Below, in pieces: positions 43,110-57,254 of a stretch of 64,000 bases of DNA. Position numbers and translations under genes: made by a program. Each line of letters begins with the position of its first letter. Within the stretch, counting starts at the first letter, position 1. A model generated the notes under the pieces. The model searched no databases, was not told where the DNA came from, and saw only the letters and a program-made list of their open reading frames with translations. Origin of the DNA: the human T2T-CHM13v2.0 reference genome, Homo sapiens; the NCBI RefSeq assembly GCF_009914755.1, contig NC_060941.1; one strand, given 5' to 3'.

Positions 43110-44185
43110 TAATTTTGTATTTTTTTCCGTTTGCATCCTGTCTCAGCACTACCTATTATGCAGTCCAACTTCCTGCTGAATTGTAAATTGCTACCTTTGT
43201 CAAACATAAATTCCTCATATTTGTGTCAGAATTGTTCTATTACATTTCAAAGGTCAATTTAACTACCTCTGAATAAATATTCTCCTAATTACTATAACTT
43301 TATAAGCCTGATAGGGAAAATTCCTCCTGCTCATTCTTTGAAATTAACCAGTCTTGGCTGTGCACTTTTCCATATGCATTTTCAGACTAGCTTGTCACAG
43401 TCTATAAAAAACTGTGATGGGATTATGATAGAAAGTCATTAAATTTATAGATTAATTTAGAGGGAATTGACACCTTTATGAAATTGATTCTTCCCATCCA
43501 TGACCAAAAGTATCTCTCTTCATTTACTTAGGGGATTTTTATGCCTTCAATAAAGATATTATTGATTTTCTCCATATAGGTCTTGGACCTTTTTTGATAG
43601 ATTTATTTCTGGCTACATGATAGGTTCTATTGCTAATGTGAATGATGTTTTTGAAAACAATTATATTTTCTTAATGGCTGTAGTGCATAGGGATGTAACT
43701 AATTTTTGTATCTTCAATGCAACAACTGCCTTGCTTATTATTTCTAGCATTTTTCCTATAGATTGTATTTAATAGTCGAGGAAGACAAATATGTAATTGG
43801 TAGATTATAAATTATTTTTTCTTCCCAATGCTTTCACTTCAAATTGCTTTTTATTGTCTTGTTGCTTTAGTTGGCAGTAATAGTAGAGATTTTTCATTCT
43901 GTTCCTGATCTTAAAGTGATTGATTCTATTATTTCACCTTAAGTCCAACACTTGCTATAGCCTTTTGGTAGGCAAGTGTTATCAGGTTAAGGATGATTCC
44001 TTCCATATTTAGTCTGCTATGAATTTTATCTCTCCTGGGTATTTTATTTAATATATTTTTGGATTTATTGAAATGATCTCAGAATTTTTCTCCTTTAATC
44101 AATAAATGGGGGTAAATTACATTAACAGATTTTTCTAAAGTTAACCTTTCTGATATTACTGGAACAAACACTACTTGTTCATACT
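43110..44185 (-). mobile_element. Ancient L1M ORF2 fragment
   Basis: TTTATAGATTAATTTAGAGGGAATTGACACCTTTATG...TTCCCATCCATGA antisense ORF2 landmarks. Confidence 0.7.
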
Positions 44186-44269
44186 CCTTAGGAAGGAGAA
44201 TGACTCCCTTCTGCAAGTAAGGAGCTATCTGCTCCATTTCTGCAGACCTCGTTCCTAGAAGAAGTTGCC

Positions 44270-45845
44270 TATGCAGGAAAATTCAGGTTTATTCAGTTTG
44301 GAGTCTGTCTATAAAAATAAACTCATAGAATTATGAATACAAAATATGAAATTGAGGATATATTTAAAATTGAAAAGAAACCAGAATAAATTACAAAATT
44401 TTATAAGGCTGACAAATATAATAAATATCACAAAATCTAGAAAAATAACTCAACTTTTTTATTCATGAACAACTTGATCATATGTCACCATAATACTTTT
44501 AGTTTTGACAACTTTTGACCACATACTCTTTAATAAATCACCACTTTATGGGGCAAGAATTTAAAAAGATTTTCTATGTAGAGTCTGGACAAATTATTCA
44601 GTCCTTTAGTATAAATAAACAAAAGTAGTTTTTAAAAAATTACTCATATTGGGTATTCATAACACTTGAAAATTCTCAAACATGTATTGTCTCTGTTTCA
44701 TATATCTGCTACAGGTCTGCTCTCTCTAAACACCAGAATTCTGATAAATTTTATTTTGCATGATTTCCATAGAGGTGCTTGGTACATTTATCATAATAAT
44801 CTGCATTATCTCATATATTCATGACAAGAAAACTTCTGTTTTGAAGAGGCATCATTAAGAAACAAATCCTCTTCTTATAATTTTATGCATGTGATATTTG
44901 GAAGAAATTTCCAGAGACTAGCTTATGGCTCCATAAAATTCAAAGCTTATTTCTCTTCGATTTTTCACATACCGCCATTATAGAGATTTGAGGCATACCT
45001 GCAGACTATGATATCACTTTGAGCCTTGTAGTTTTTTAACATGGCATAGTGTATTAGTCTGTTCTCACACTGCTATAAAGAAATACCTGAGACTGGGTAG
45101 TTTATAAATGAAAAAGGTTTAACTGGCTCACTGTTCCACAGGTTATACAGGAAACATGATGCTGGCATCTACTTGGCTTCTGGGGAGGCCTCAGGGAATG
45201 TGCAATCATGGAGGAAGGTGAAGAGGGAGCACACACATCGCATAGCTGGAGTAGGAGTGAGAGAGAGTGGGGGAGATGCTATACACTTAAACAACCACCT
45301 CTCACAAAAACTCACTATCACGAGAACACCAACAGGGAAATCCATCCTCATGATCCAATCACCTCCCACAGGTCCCACCCCCAACATAGGGGATTACAAT
45401 TTGACATGAGAATTGGGCAAGGACACAGAGCCAAACCATATCACATAGTAAATCTTCACAGTTAGCAGGAAGATATTTCTGGAAGTCATTTCAACACTGA
45501 GGTGTTTGGCAATAATGTAACTATACACAGAAGGGACTCTGAAGCTCATAACTATATTTCACTAAATGCAAAATAAATGTATCTCCCAACTCCTCTTCCC
45601 CTTAAGTGGATTTCAGAAATGGCCATGACTATATCACTATCAAATGGCACTAGGGAATACCAGTTTGGGTTGAGGAAACCTGATCTTAAAGAATGCAGCA
45701 AATATATCTTACTTAACCAATTTTACAGAAACATATGACCAGATGCCATTGCTAAGGCCCCTCTTGGGGCCTTGGGAAGAATCTGTGCAAGGTAGGGGCC
45801 ATGAAACTTGCATTTTATTAGCTTTAGGGTTCACACATGCCTGGT
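44270..45845. mobile_element. hAT-superfamily DNA transposon remnant (MER53/Tip100-like end), interrupted by MSTA
   Basis: Right end CATTGCTAAGGCCCCTC...GGGCCTTGG...GTGCAAG...GGGGCCATGAAACTT...ATTAGCTT; family name and left boundary uncertain. Confidence 0.5.
45050..45443 (-). mobile_element. MSTA-type solo LTR (MaLR)
   Basis: TGTATTAGTCTGTTCTCACACTGCTATAAAGAAATACC...CCAAACCATATCA; 5-bp TSD CATAG at 45045 and 45444. Confidence 0.92.
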
Positions 45846-46583
45846 CACATTTATGCAATTAAAAACAAAGCAAAATGATACTGAATATATAACATATGGC
45901 ATTAGTAAGCTTGTGTGACATATTTCACAATGTGTTCCCCTTGCAACCTTGCAAAGTGAGGACACACACTCAACTTTTCACAGAACATTTACCTCCAGAC
46001 TGCTAATTAATATAAGATGCCCATAAATCATGTCTCTGATAGAGAGCTTCTGCATCAGACAAAGGCAAGGAAAATTAACTTTAAGAAAATGTCTGATAAT
46101 TAAACTTTAATTTTCCTTCCCATCCCAAAAATTTGCTTGCTTTTCCTACAGATTGAGGTCAGTTATTTTTTCTCCACACTCAGATAACTCCCACTAGTAT
46201 TTGATATTAATGAAATGCATACTACTAAATATTCTTATATGTGATGATTCTCCACTTACTCATAGAGGGATGATAAACAACATTTTCTAAGTGCTTTGAT
46301 CTCTAAACTATTAAGTTACTTTTGTTTTTATATGGAGGTCTTTGGAAATACTGAATATATGTTCTTGAACTTGCCCTCTGTTGGAAAAGAGATCCATATA
46401 AAAAAATTAATAAATTAGCTCCATGTTTTCTCTCCAGGAAATATTCAGATTTCTGAGAATTATTAAGGAACTCAATTAGGGAAACATTCTAAGAAACTAT
46501 GAAACAGATAATGTTTATCTTTCCTTTCTCAAATCTTCCCTTTCTGTGCATGTTCCCGCTTCCTTTTGTGTTCATTCTGTTAA

Positions 46584-46930
<347 letters not shown>

Positions 46931-47954
46931 TTTCCTGTTCTTTTTAATCCAATTTTAGGGAAGCTTCTGATAGACTCCTGTGCCTCAAGTATCAATTTTT
47001 AACCAATTCATTCCTGATAGTTTGTTTTTCACTGACATTTTTGCTGGATCTGTGAAGCTCAAAACACACAACAAAATAAACTAAGAATGATTATCTGAGA
47101 AAGTGCTAAGAACAAGGAAATAAATGTTGGTTCCAAATATAACCATAAAGCTTTTAAAATGAAATAGTTTTGACTTATTAAAGGAAAGATAAACAGCGAA
47201 GAGACATCTTCGAAGATGAGTAGAAAGTAGGAAAAACAAAAACTTGAGAAAATATTGAGGTAATCACAGCTTTTCAAAAGTCAAAGGAAATTTACAGTGG
47301 CAACAGATGAATCCACTCCAATTCCCAAATTTTCAGAATGGCTAGGGTAAATAAACCTTCTCAAATAAACTTTGAAATAGCAAATACCCGAGGAGGGAAA
47401 TTAGCTTTGCTCATTTTGAACCAAGATACTATAAATTCTAGTGAATGAGAGGGCAGCTACCCTCTGTCCTAAGCATAAGGTTGTATAAAATACCAGACAT
47501 TTTTATTAGGCATTTCAACATTTTGTCCTGGGGATAAAAATCACTGTACCTCAGCCAGGGAAAGGGAGCACATTGAAATGGGAATATTGTTGGTACTATG
47601 GGCCCCACATGTGCCTGAGCATCAATGTTACCTGTGGAGCTTGTTAAAACCCAAATGCCAGATGCACAACCTGTACTGGGAACTACTGGCCCATTAAATG
47701 TAGATCAGAAGCAAGAGGCTGCTCTTACGGAATTTTTTTTTAAATTAAGTTGTGGTAATTGTTAAATCATACTTCCTTACTAAATATAATCCAGCCAAGC
47801 CATCCAGACAGTCATAGAGCAGGCCCCTGGATCATTGCTAAAGAGTTTTCAACTCATCTTTTTCTCAGTAAAGACTGTTCCCCTTTTTTAAACCTGACAT
47901 TTTAAAACCACCCTTCTTCATGGTGGCAGGCTCACCTAAACTATGACATACATG

Positions 47955-48300
47955 CAATAGATGCAAGAGGCAGATAAGGGGGAAGAGTCCCAGGAGAATC
48001 TCTGACTGGCCTGTATGCTGGATGGATGGCGTGGAGCCCCTGGGCGTTCCCAACTTTTGCAGAGGGGAGGAGCCTGGCCTCTTCAGTTCCTGTGTGGTAG
48101 CCTGGTATTCAATCTGTGAGTTGGAAGCTGGCTGGCAGGACCTCCTCTCGCTTTGCTGAGAGCTTTCCCCCCACTGTCCCCCTTTTTGCCCAATGACTTC
48201 CTTTCCCCTCACCCTTCAATGTGTCTGCATGCTTAACTTTTCCTGGTCATGACACAAGAACCTGGATTTAGCTGAACTAAGGAGCAAAAAATCTGCAACA
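47955..48300 (+). mobile_element. MER61-type (ERV1) solo LTR
   Basis: TTTGCAGAGGGGAGGAGCCTGGCCTCT...ATTCAATCTGTGAG...TTTAGCTGAACTAAGGAGCAAAAAATCTGCAACA; possible 4-bp TSD CATG/TATG. Confidence 0.82.
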
Positions 48301-48319
48301 TATGTGTGTGCATAGGGAC

Positions 48320-48525
48320 TAAAAGTATGGGCCTTAAACTTGCATCAGAACTTGAATACTGATTCTGCTACTTACCAGTCCTATGACTTGAGTATATTAT
48401 TTAATCTCTGAGCTTCTTTTTTCCATCTTTTAAATGAAGAGAATGATACTTAATTTATAGGAAATTTTAAGATTTCACTGTAATGATTGTACTAGAAAGT
48501 TATTTACAAGGTACTAGGCACATTT
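48320..48525 (+). mobile_element. MIR
   Basis: CTGCTACTTACCAG...TGACTTGAG...TTATTTAATCTCTGAGCTTC...TAAATGAAG. Confidence 0.7.
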
Positions 48526-51138
48526 TAAATTACAAATTGCAGCTGCTTCCTGGTGACATTTAGAATAAACACCAATCTCTGTATGTGAACTATTTACAGA
48601 TCATGTTGTCAGGTACCTTAATATGCTGAAATCTTCATTAGAACCACCTGACTTTATTGACCAACATTATATTATTTTCTGAACTGTATTCACTTGTCAC
48701 ACCTATGAGTTCCAAAATACAATGTGTATTTAGGCTTTAGGCTTTTGTAGCATTGTGGATACATAGGATATATCTTTCCAGCTTTCCCTTCTGTAGGAAA
48801 TACCCTACTTTAATGTCATAATAATCCTCTTCAGCCTCCATCACCTTACTTACCAGTTATGAGCATTTCAACACAAGGAATATCGCAATTATTTCAGGTA
48901 TAGGTATGCTGTACAAGCCAGACCTAGCATTTTTCCTGTACTTTCGCAGGATTTTGTTGAGAAAGATGTTCCTTAATATCCTCTAGAATCACAGGCTGCA
49001 AAGGGACAATGCAAGCTGAAATTGTTAATTGTCTTTCCCGTCACGTGGAGACAGCCTCCGTGAAAATGAAGGCAATATAAATGGAAGTACAGGCAACAAG
49101 AAAGAAACCAGTGGTGCCTGAAGTGTGAGTGCCTGGTTTCAGTCATGCCTGAAGTGAACCGTGAACATTGTATACCCTCATAGATATTCTAGTTTTATAA
49201 GCCAATATGCTTTTTTTCCAAGCTGGTTTGTACTGGATATCTACTCTACTTTCATTCAGAAGCATTCTGTCCAGTAAACATATCATGTTTTCTTTTGCCT
49301 GGAATGCCTGTATGTTTCTGTGCATCTAGGAAGTGCTATTTTATTTTTGAATTCCTCAGTAGAACTTTCCTGAACCATTTCCTTTATTGCATCCCGGCTA
49401 ACTTAGTGACTCCACCCTTTGTTCATGCCCCTGCCCAATCCCAACTATGTTAGCTGTCTTAAGTATGTGATTTCCTCACAGACTATTAACTCCCCCAGGA
49501 TAGGGACTGTGTCTTACTCAACTTTATAATTTCAGAATCTTGCAGAGCACCTAACACCTAGTAGGAGACTAATGATATCTATTTTACAGTTTAACTAAAG
49601 GAAACATAAGTCACTTGCAGTTTTCAAACGCAGAGTCAAAATTTTATCTTCTCCTTGGCACACCCTATACGTGAGGATTATTTGATCACAACACTCATTC
49701 ATTGAATGTGAATACTGGAATCTAAGAGACAGCAGACCACATCTTCCATGATGGAGAATGGTAAGCTAATATAGTTCAAGCACTTTGCTTTCTGATAATT
49801 TGGCAACTTGGAAAATCTAGAAGAATAGATTATTTACGTAGTCCATTGGATTCATTCTCTTCTAATATCAGCTGTCTCAAATAATCCTTTAGCAGACACT
49901 GGCTTCCCATCAATTTATGATTAAATTCTCTAGCAAATGCCTGTGGTGCAGTTGGTCTCTCAAGCAGGTTTCCCCACTGGGAAGAAAGTACACTGATTGG
50001 CTACTGTGGATAGCTGGAATCTTGGCAGTCAAGATTTCTTCTTGTAACTTATTAAAGTAGCTTTCTAATACCAATAAATCCTGTGTGACTTTGATTGGTG
50101 TGAGCCCGGTTTCCTGGGGCTAAATTACTACAAGTAAGCTGTTCAGGCTGTGTACCTGGGAGATCAGTGTATGGACTCATGCCCACAGGAGACCTGCCCT
50201 GTGATAGCTGTCAGTCTTCCATTGCAGCTCCACTCCTTTAAGCCCAGGCCTGTCCTGCTGAAGGTGCACACTGAGCATATCAATATTTCATCAGTTCATG
50301 CATACCATTTGCCTTTAAATGTGGCATTTGCTAAATCCTCAGATACAGTTTGGATTGTGTCTTATGGCCACTTTTGCTTTTGAGTCTCATCTCTGAAATT
50401 CAAATATAAGGCAACAAAGAAATATAATTTGATTTTTAAAAGCATTTAATTTATATCAATTTTAAGAATAAACATCATTAAAGATTGGAGAAACAATAGA
50501 CTGTGTGGTGACCAGTGGACATGGAAATCTTTTCAATTCCAGAGGCTTTTCCCCACCTTCCTTAGCTGGATTCTAGGGTTCAGATATTTTATGTACAAAG
50601 ACGTTCCTCAAAAAATTTTTCAACATCCTACCTAACACTCGTGTGCCACAGGCTTTGAGAGAAAGGGTGCCATTCTTCAGTCTCAGAGTTTCTGTAAAAT
50701 AAAACAATGCAAACCCTTTGGCACAATTAGTAAGCAGTTGCTCCCTATGGGTGTGGACCATAGTTCGTTTTGCAAACAATTGTTCCCAGTGACCTTGGCC
50801 CATAGTTTGTTTTGCAAACATTGGGTTAAGCTCCTTCAGAGGGACTTTCAAGGCACTATGAACTCAAATAGGAATTTACTGGAGAGGGGAAGATTTAGTT
50901 CCCCAAAGAGAGGCAAAATGGGAAACACATTTATTGAACACCTGCTATGAGGATGGTGTATCAGATATGCTTTGTTAACAAAATTCACTTAAAACTATGA
51001 GGTGCCAGCAACTATAGCAAATAAGGATTCAAAAATTTGGGCTCAAATTATAATTCTGTCCTTTACTAACTGAATAACTCTGGGCAAGTTATGTAATCAA
51101 TCTGAATCCCAATTTCTTCTTTTGTAAAACAGTACTAA

Positions 51139-52126
51139 TGAGAGAGGCAGGAGGCAGAGAAATTTAGGGAGACAGAGGTGGGACCCTAGTGGAAACCTTA
51201 CCTTCAAGCCAAAAGTAGCCTGAAACCGACGGCCCAAAGTGAGAACTTCTATTCCTGTTTGTCCACTCTCTCCAGATTGGTTCTTTTTGAATAATGTCTT
51301 TTTACCAACTGCATGTTGCCTTTTCCAAAACTACCTATGGCCTGGCCCGCCTCCCATCCTGTGCCTATAAAGACCCCAGACTCAGCTGGCAGAGAGGAGA
51401 AATGGCTGGATGTCAGGGAGAGGCAACTTGACTTTGGAGAAGTAACTGGAGTTGGGGGGACATCGGGGAGAGGCGACTTCAGAGACAATGGCTGGATGTC
51501 AGAGAGAGGCAACTTGACTTTGGCGGAGAGAGGCAGAGAGGTGACTTGACTTTAGGGAAGCACGACCTGCCCTTCCTGTCCCCTTTCAAGCTCCCTTCTC
51601 CACTGAGAGTTGCTTTCATCACTCAATACGATTCTCCACATTCACCATCCTTTAATTCATCTGCGTGACCTCATTCTTCCTGAGCACCAGACAAGAATTC
51701 AGGACCCACCAAACGGGGGTACCCAAAAAGGCTGTCACACTGGCCCTTTGCCCTCACTGGCGGAGGGCAGCTGCCCCATGCGATGAGGCAAAAGGCCCAC
51801 TGAGCTGATAACATTATTGTCTGTGGATGGTGGAGCTAAAAGAGCACTGTAACATGCATGGCCTGCACAGAGTTTGCTCCTACTGGTGCCAAAGAGGCCA
51901 GCCACTTCCCACACTCACTTGCCTGTGTGCTCCCATTCGCAAGGAGTGGAATGCAGTGTGCCCAAGTAAATGGACTTTGCTCCTGTCAGTGCCAAAGCGG
52001 CCAGCCAATTCCCACACTTGTTTGCTCATGTGCTCCTTCCCAGGAGGGTTTGAGCATGGTGGGCTGAGTAAACAGAGCACCACTGCTATGAGTCCTGTGA
52101 TGGGATCAAGAAAATATTCTGCATCA
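51139..52126 (+). mobile_element. ERV1 solo LTR of about 1 kb (LTR1/LTR27/LTR28-like), inserted in a MIR
   Basis: TG...CA ends, CCAAT/GC/TATA elements, internal direct repeat ATGGCTGGATGTCAG(G/A)GAGAGGCAACTTGACTTTGG; flanks CTAA/CTAC; MIR resumes after it. Confidence 0.8.
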
Positions 52127-53317
52127 CTACTAATAGTACATACATTTATAGTTTTTAAAAGTAAGAATTAAATGAGATGTCACCTTCAAACCCTATTAAT
52201 ATAATGGTTTTTATTGTAGATTTATGTATATTCACGATTTAATTAAATCAGATTTTTAATTAAATCACATTAGGAAACTCAGTATGCAACAAGTTGGCCG
52301 TTTATGAATGCAGGTTGACCCCTATAACCCTATTTTTTGGTTTTGGAGGTAGAGGTGATGGGAAGAGGAGAAAGAGGTATGCATTTAAGAGGTAGGGAAG
52401 TAGGGTTAAGATTTTTGCAGAGCCTTGCAAAGCTGGATGATGATAGCAGACTCACTATTCTTTAAGTATTAGATTATGCTTCAGCTGCTCAGTTTCTCAT
52501 TATTTTTTTAGAGTCTATTTTAGAGCCTTTGCCATTTTTAGGCTTGCTTACCACATGTCTCAATTTTTCTGATGTCAGAAATGGCTTTGAAAAGTTATAC
52601 AACACTGCAGCAACCTTGGTCATTCATCAGCTCTCAAGCATCAAAAGTGCTGCTGCTATTGTTCAGCAACATTGAAGGAAGGGAATTTGCCCCTCGGGAT
52701 TCACTTTTGATTGCTATTAGATTTTTAGTCATAGCTATTGCCCTCATAAGAAACATCCGTACCACCTGGGCTGCCCTGCAGTTTTCCATTATAGCGCCCA
52801 AGCTGTTCACTGAGATACAGTGAGAGTTTAAGCAATGTCATCCATCCCAGCCTTATTTGACTTGAGAGTAAAACCCAGTGTCTGAAATCTCTGTCTCTTG
52901 CTATCCTAAAACTGTACTCATCAATCTTTCTTCTCATCAGTTCTAGGAAAAATGACAGAAACAGACATTTTCCCCCTCGCTTTCCAGTTAAGGCAACTGA
53001 ACTTAATTTTAAGCGTGTCACCTACACTGCATTACACAGCTACAACAGAGTGTTAGCTAGCTCCATGATGAATGGCAGTGCCACTCTTAACCTTGTTTTG
53101 GAAGGGCAGTTTCCTGTTTTAACACAGTCCTTAGAAAATGAAAAAAAAAAAAAAAAAACCCTGAAACATCAACCACTCAAATATTGTTTCTTAGAGCCCA
53201 CTTTACTCGTTTGACACTAGAGAATCTCAGAATTCTGAAAAAAGCCAAGTATGGGTGTTTGATATTTTGGCTTCAGATCCAAACTGCTGCTATAGCAATA
53301 GTAGAAAAGAACTATTT

Positions 53318-53673
<356 letters not shown>

Positions 53674-54464
53674 TCATTTGTTTCACATAAGCTTCGAAGG
53701 TTTTAGAATAAATGTTCCTGGTGGAATTATGACTGAGAGTTGGTTCTATTGTGTCTTTTGAATACACCGCATTTTCTATTCCCACCATAGCCAGAAAATT
53801 TTAGCATCACTGGCCAGGTAGTCAATATTGTTAGGGGACTACAGTATTAAGAATTAAGGTAGGTATTCTCTCTCAAGGAAACTGGGATCTTGCTTGGATA
53901 CAAAAAAATTATAATGCTGGGTAAGAGGCCTGTCTTGAAGATGCAAGATAGGGCTTTATGAGAATGTGGTGGTATAGGGCTGAAGACAGAACTAAGTTCT
54001 TAACCATCTTAGTTCTATGGAAGCTTTTAGGGATTATACAAAATTCTCCATTACTTATGGTCAATTATGTTAGGTTTTAGGACTATTAGGGGGGTTAAAA
54101 TATGAAAATGAATAATATAAATTCTGTTATGTATTAAAATATGTGGGAAATTCTAGAATTACTGCATCAGGATTTTTCAAGGTAACACACAACCCTGAGC
54201 TGCAACAGGACATGGGATGTACTGTCTATCAAGTACTGTAGTGGAACAGGGATATTGCAGAGGCTAAATGGCATCACCACTTTTCACAACAGTGAGTCTG
54301 GAAAGCTCTTATACCCTTATTATCTTACTACAAAAGGACAAAATGAAGATTTTCAATTTTCTGAAAGTCAAGTTTTGGAACTTTTCAGAATCAACCTGAA
54401 AGTCACAGGTGGTGACTGCATTGAAGCCTCAGCTCATAAATACTTTTATTCCCAAAGAGCATGA

Positions 54465-55200
54465 GAGGACAAATGAATAAATGAAATGTAGTATATCCGG
54501 CAGGGTGCGGCAGCTCATGCCTGTAATCCCAACACTTTGGGAGGCCAAGGCAGGTGGATCACCTGAGGCCAGGAGTTCGGAACCAGCCTGGCCAGCATGG
54601 TGAAACCTTATATCTACTAAAAATACAAAAATTAGCCAAGCATGGTGGCGCACACCTGTAATCACAGCTACTTGGGGGGATGAGGCAGGAGAATTGCTTG
54701 AACCCAGGAGGCGGAGGCTTCAGTAAGCCAAGATTGCACCACTGCACTCCAGCCTGGGTGACAAAGTGAGACTTGATCTCAAAAATGAAATATAGTATAT
54801 CCATACAATGGAACACTGTTCAGCCACAAAAAGGAATGAAATACTGATGCAGGCCACAATATGTCTGAACTTCAAAAACATTCTGCTAAGTGAAAGCAGC
54901 CAGACACGAAAGACCACAGCTTGTGTGATTCCATTTATATGAAACGTCTAGAACAGGCAAATATTCAGAGACAGAAAGTAGATTAGCAGTTGCTGAGGGC
55001 TGGGGATAGGAACGGAGAGGGACTGCACGTGGGCACAGGGTTTCTTTTTTGGGGTGATGGAACTGTTCTAAAACGAGATTGTGATAATGGTTGCAGAACC
55101 CTGTAAATATACTGAAAAAATATACCGAGTTGTTCATGTAAATTGGGTGAATTTTTATGGTATATAAATTGTATCTCAAGAGAGCTGTTTAAAAATAAAT
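54465..55200 (+). mobile_element. L1MB/ME 3' end interrupted by an Alu
   Basis: ATCCATACAATGGAA...TGATTCCATTTATATGAAA...GAGACAGAAAGTAGATTAG...TTTTATGGTATATAAATTGTATCTCAA. Confidence 0.8.
54499..54785 (+). mobile_element. AluSx/Sz with a very short tail
   Basis: GGATCACCTGAGG; TSD AAATGAAAT(G/A)TAGTATATCC at 54479 and 54783. Confidence 0.92.
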
Positions 55201-57254
55201 AAAAGGGCAGTAGGGGCCTTTGCAGAGAAAGAAGAGACCTCATGCACTCTGAAAGACTCCAGCATGAGTCTCATTAAGGGGAGCACTTGTTCTTGACAAG
55301 GTACCTATGACTCAGGCATCAGATTATTTACACCATCTCACTTTCAGAGGAGAAAAAGGGATTCTCCAGGCTGAGTTCACGTCACAGCCTATGGGACACA
55401 GTTCAGTTGCCACTAGAGGGCACTACTATGCCATTGCCTTTGACAGCAACACTAGAACAAGTCTTTGGCACCACTCACTGCTGCTGCTGTGTTCAGGAAC
55501 TTGGAGAACACTCCTATGGTCTTCCATGTAAATGACTTACCCTGGACTTGGGCCTCCCTGTACTGGCTATTGGTCCTTTAGATTGTGCTAGAGGGTGCTA
55601 GAAGGCAGAATGATCACTGAAAGCCTCAGACATTTATCTCCACTCATAGGGCTAAGTACATTCTAGATTACGACCAAGCAGCATATTCACCCAGGGCTGC
55701 AATATTCCAGTGAGCTCCGCAACTGAAATAAGTAGGAGCTCAACGAATCTCCAGGCTTCAGGTTAGTATTCATTGAATACTAACTATTGGCCTAGAATGG
55801 GTCTTGGTGGGCCTCAGGGATGCGGGTAATTGTGAGAGTGGTCCTCAGTGTCAGACACTGAGCAAAGGGGGCTCTAACCTACTTTGCAGAGTGGAGAGGT
55901 TCCAGTTCTGCAGCTATAGAGCTTGGGACAAAGGGGAACTGGTGTCACTGACCTGGGTGAAGGTAGATGGGAAAGAAATTACATCATGATGGCAGATGGG
56001 CAGGGCTGAGCACATTGCCTGGTGTTTGGTTGACAATTAATGTGCTAAATGAAGAAAAATGCAAATATTGTCACAAGGATCAGCAGCAGACTTTCAGAAA
56101 GACCGGAAGATTCATTTGGGGAGCTGCAGTAGAAATCATCCTAGTTAAGTCAGAAAAATCAGCGGGGAGGAGTTTGCTAAGGATATGAGTTTAAGCCGAA
56201 GGCTTGGGACAGCTTTCAGCTTGGAGTCTGTATAGGCTACCATCAAGTCTTAAACTGGGAGTCAAATTCCCTTTGAATGCAGTAGAGTGAAAAAAAAAAG
56301 ATTCATTTTAGATAACCCAGGAAGAGAAATTAAAAGAAATTATTACTATGATTGAGTAACTAATATGGTATCATAAAGATTTATATCTTATGGGTTAGAG
56401 TTTTTTGAAGATTCCAAATTTATGGAAAAGTAAATACTTGCCATTAACTTCTACCTTAATTTTTTCATAAACAACTGGAATTAGAATAAAATATTTAGAA
56501 ACAACAGCACCAGCTCCAAAATTAAACAGGTGTTGGCGTCATTGATCAGACTTACAGAGCTCAACCACAGAGATGTCTTCATAATGTCCTTACAGCAAGC
56601 TAGCAGGGAGGTGTGCATTTTAACGATGTTGACTTTTGGTGAGAAGGTACAGAAGGTTTATATTATTCACATATTCTATTGCGCTTATAAATTGAGGTCT
56701 AACAGGTGTTATCAGTTTTGTCATCACTGCTGTTTCTCCTCGCTTCTTTGTTGGTAATTGAATTCATTTTGTCGGAAATTCACACATGAATCCAAGTCAG
56801 ATAGTCTTTCTGAGCTGTATCTGAGAATTTGTAGAGAAAAATAGGAAAGGCCACACACACTTGAATCATAAGATTTTTTTCTTTTTTTGTCTCACAATGT
56901 TTTTGATTTGGGAATCAGAGGAATGCTGTCCTCATAACATGAGTTGAGAAGTATTTTCTATTTTCTGGAAGGATCTGCATGAAATTAGTTTCTTTATTGC
57001 TCTTTGGGATTTAATTCATGGGTGCTCACTCAGTATTTACATCACTGTTACTGCAGAGGGAATTTGTTTTATGAAAGGGAGCAACTTTAAGATTAAGATG
57101 GAACCACTCACTTTTTTCACCATCTCCCACCTAAAGGAAGCTTACTCCCATATTGCTGAAGTTTGAGTGCCCTTTTGGCACCTTCCTGGAGTATTATTTC
57201 ATATCAGATAGACGTGGGTTCAAATTCTAACTTTGCCTCTGATTTTTCTGTAAT

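Noticed and set aside
47955-48300. p53 response element in MER61
   Set aside because: Some MER61 subfamilies carry one, but I see no tandem RRRCWWGYYY in this copy
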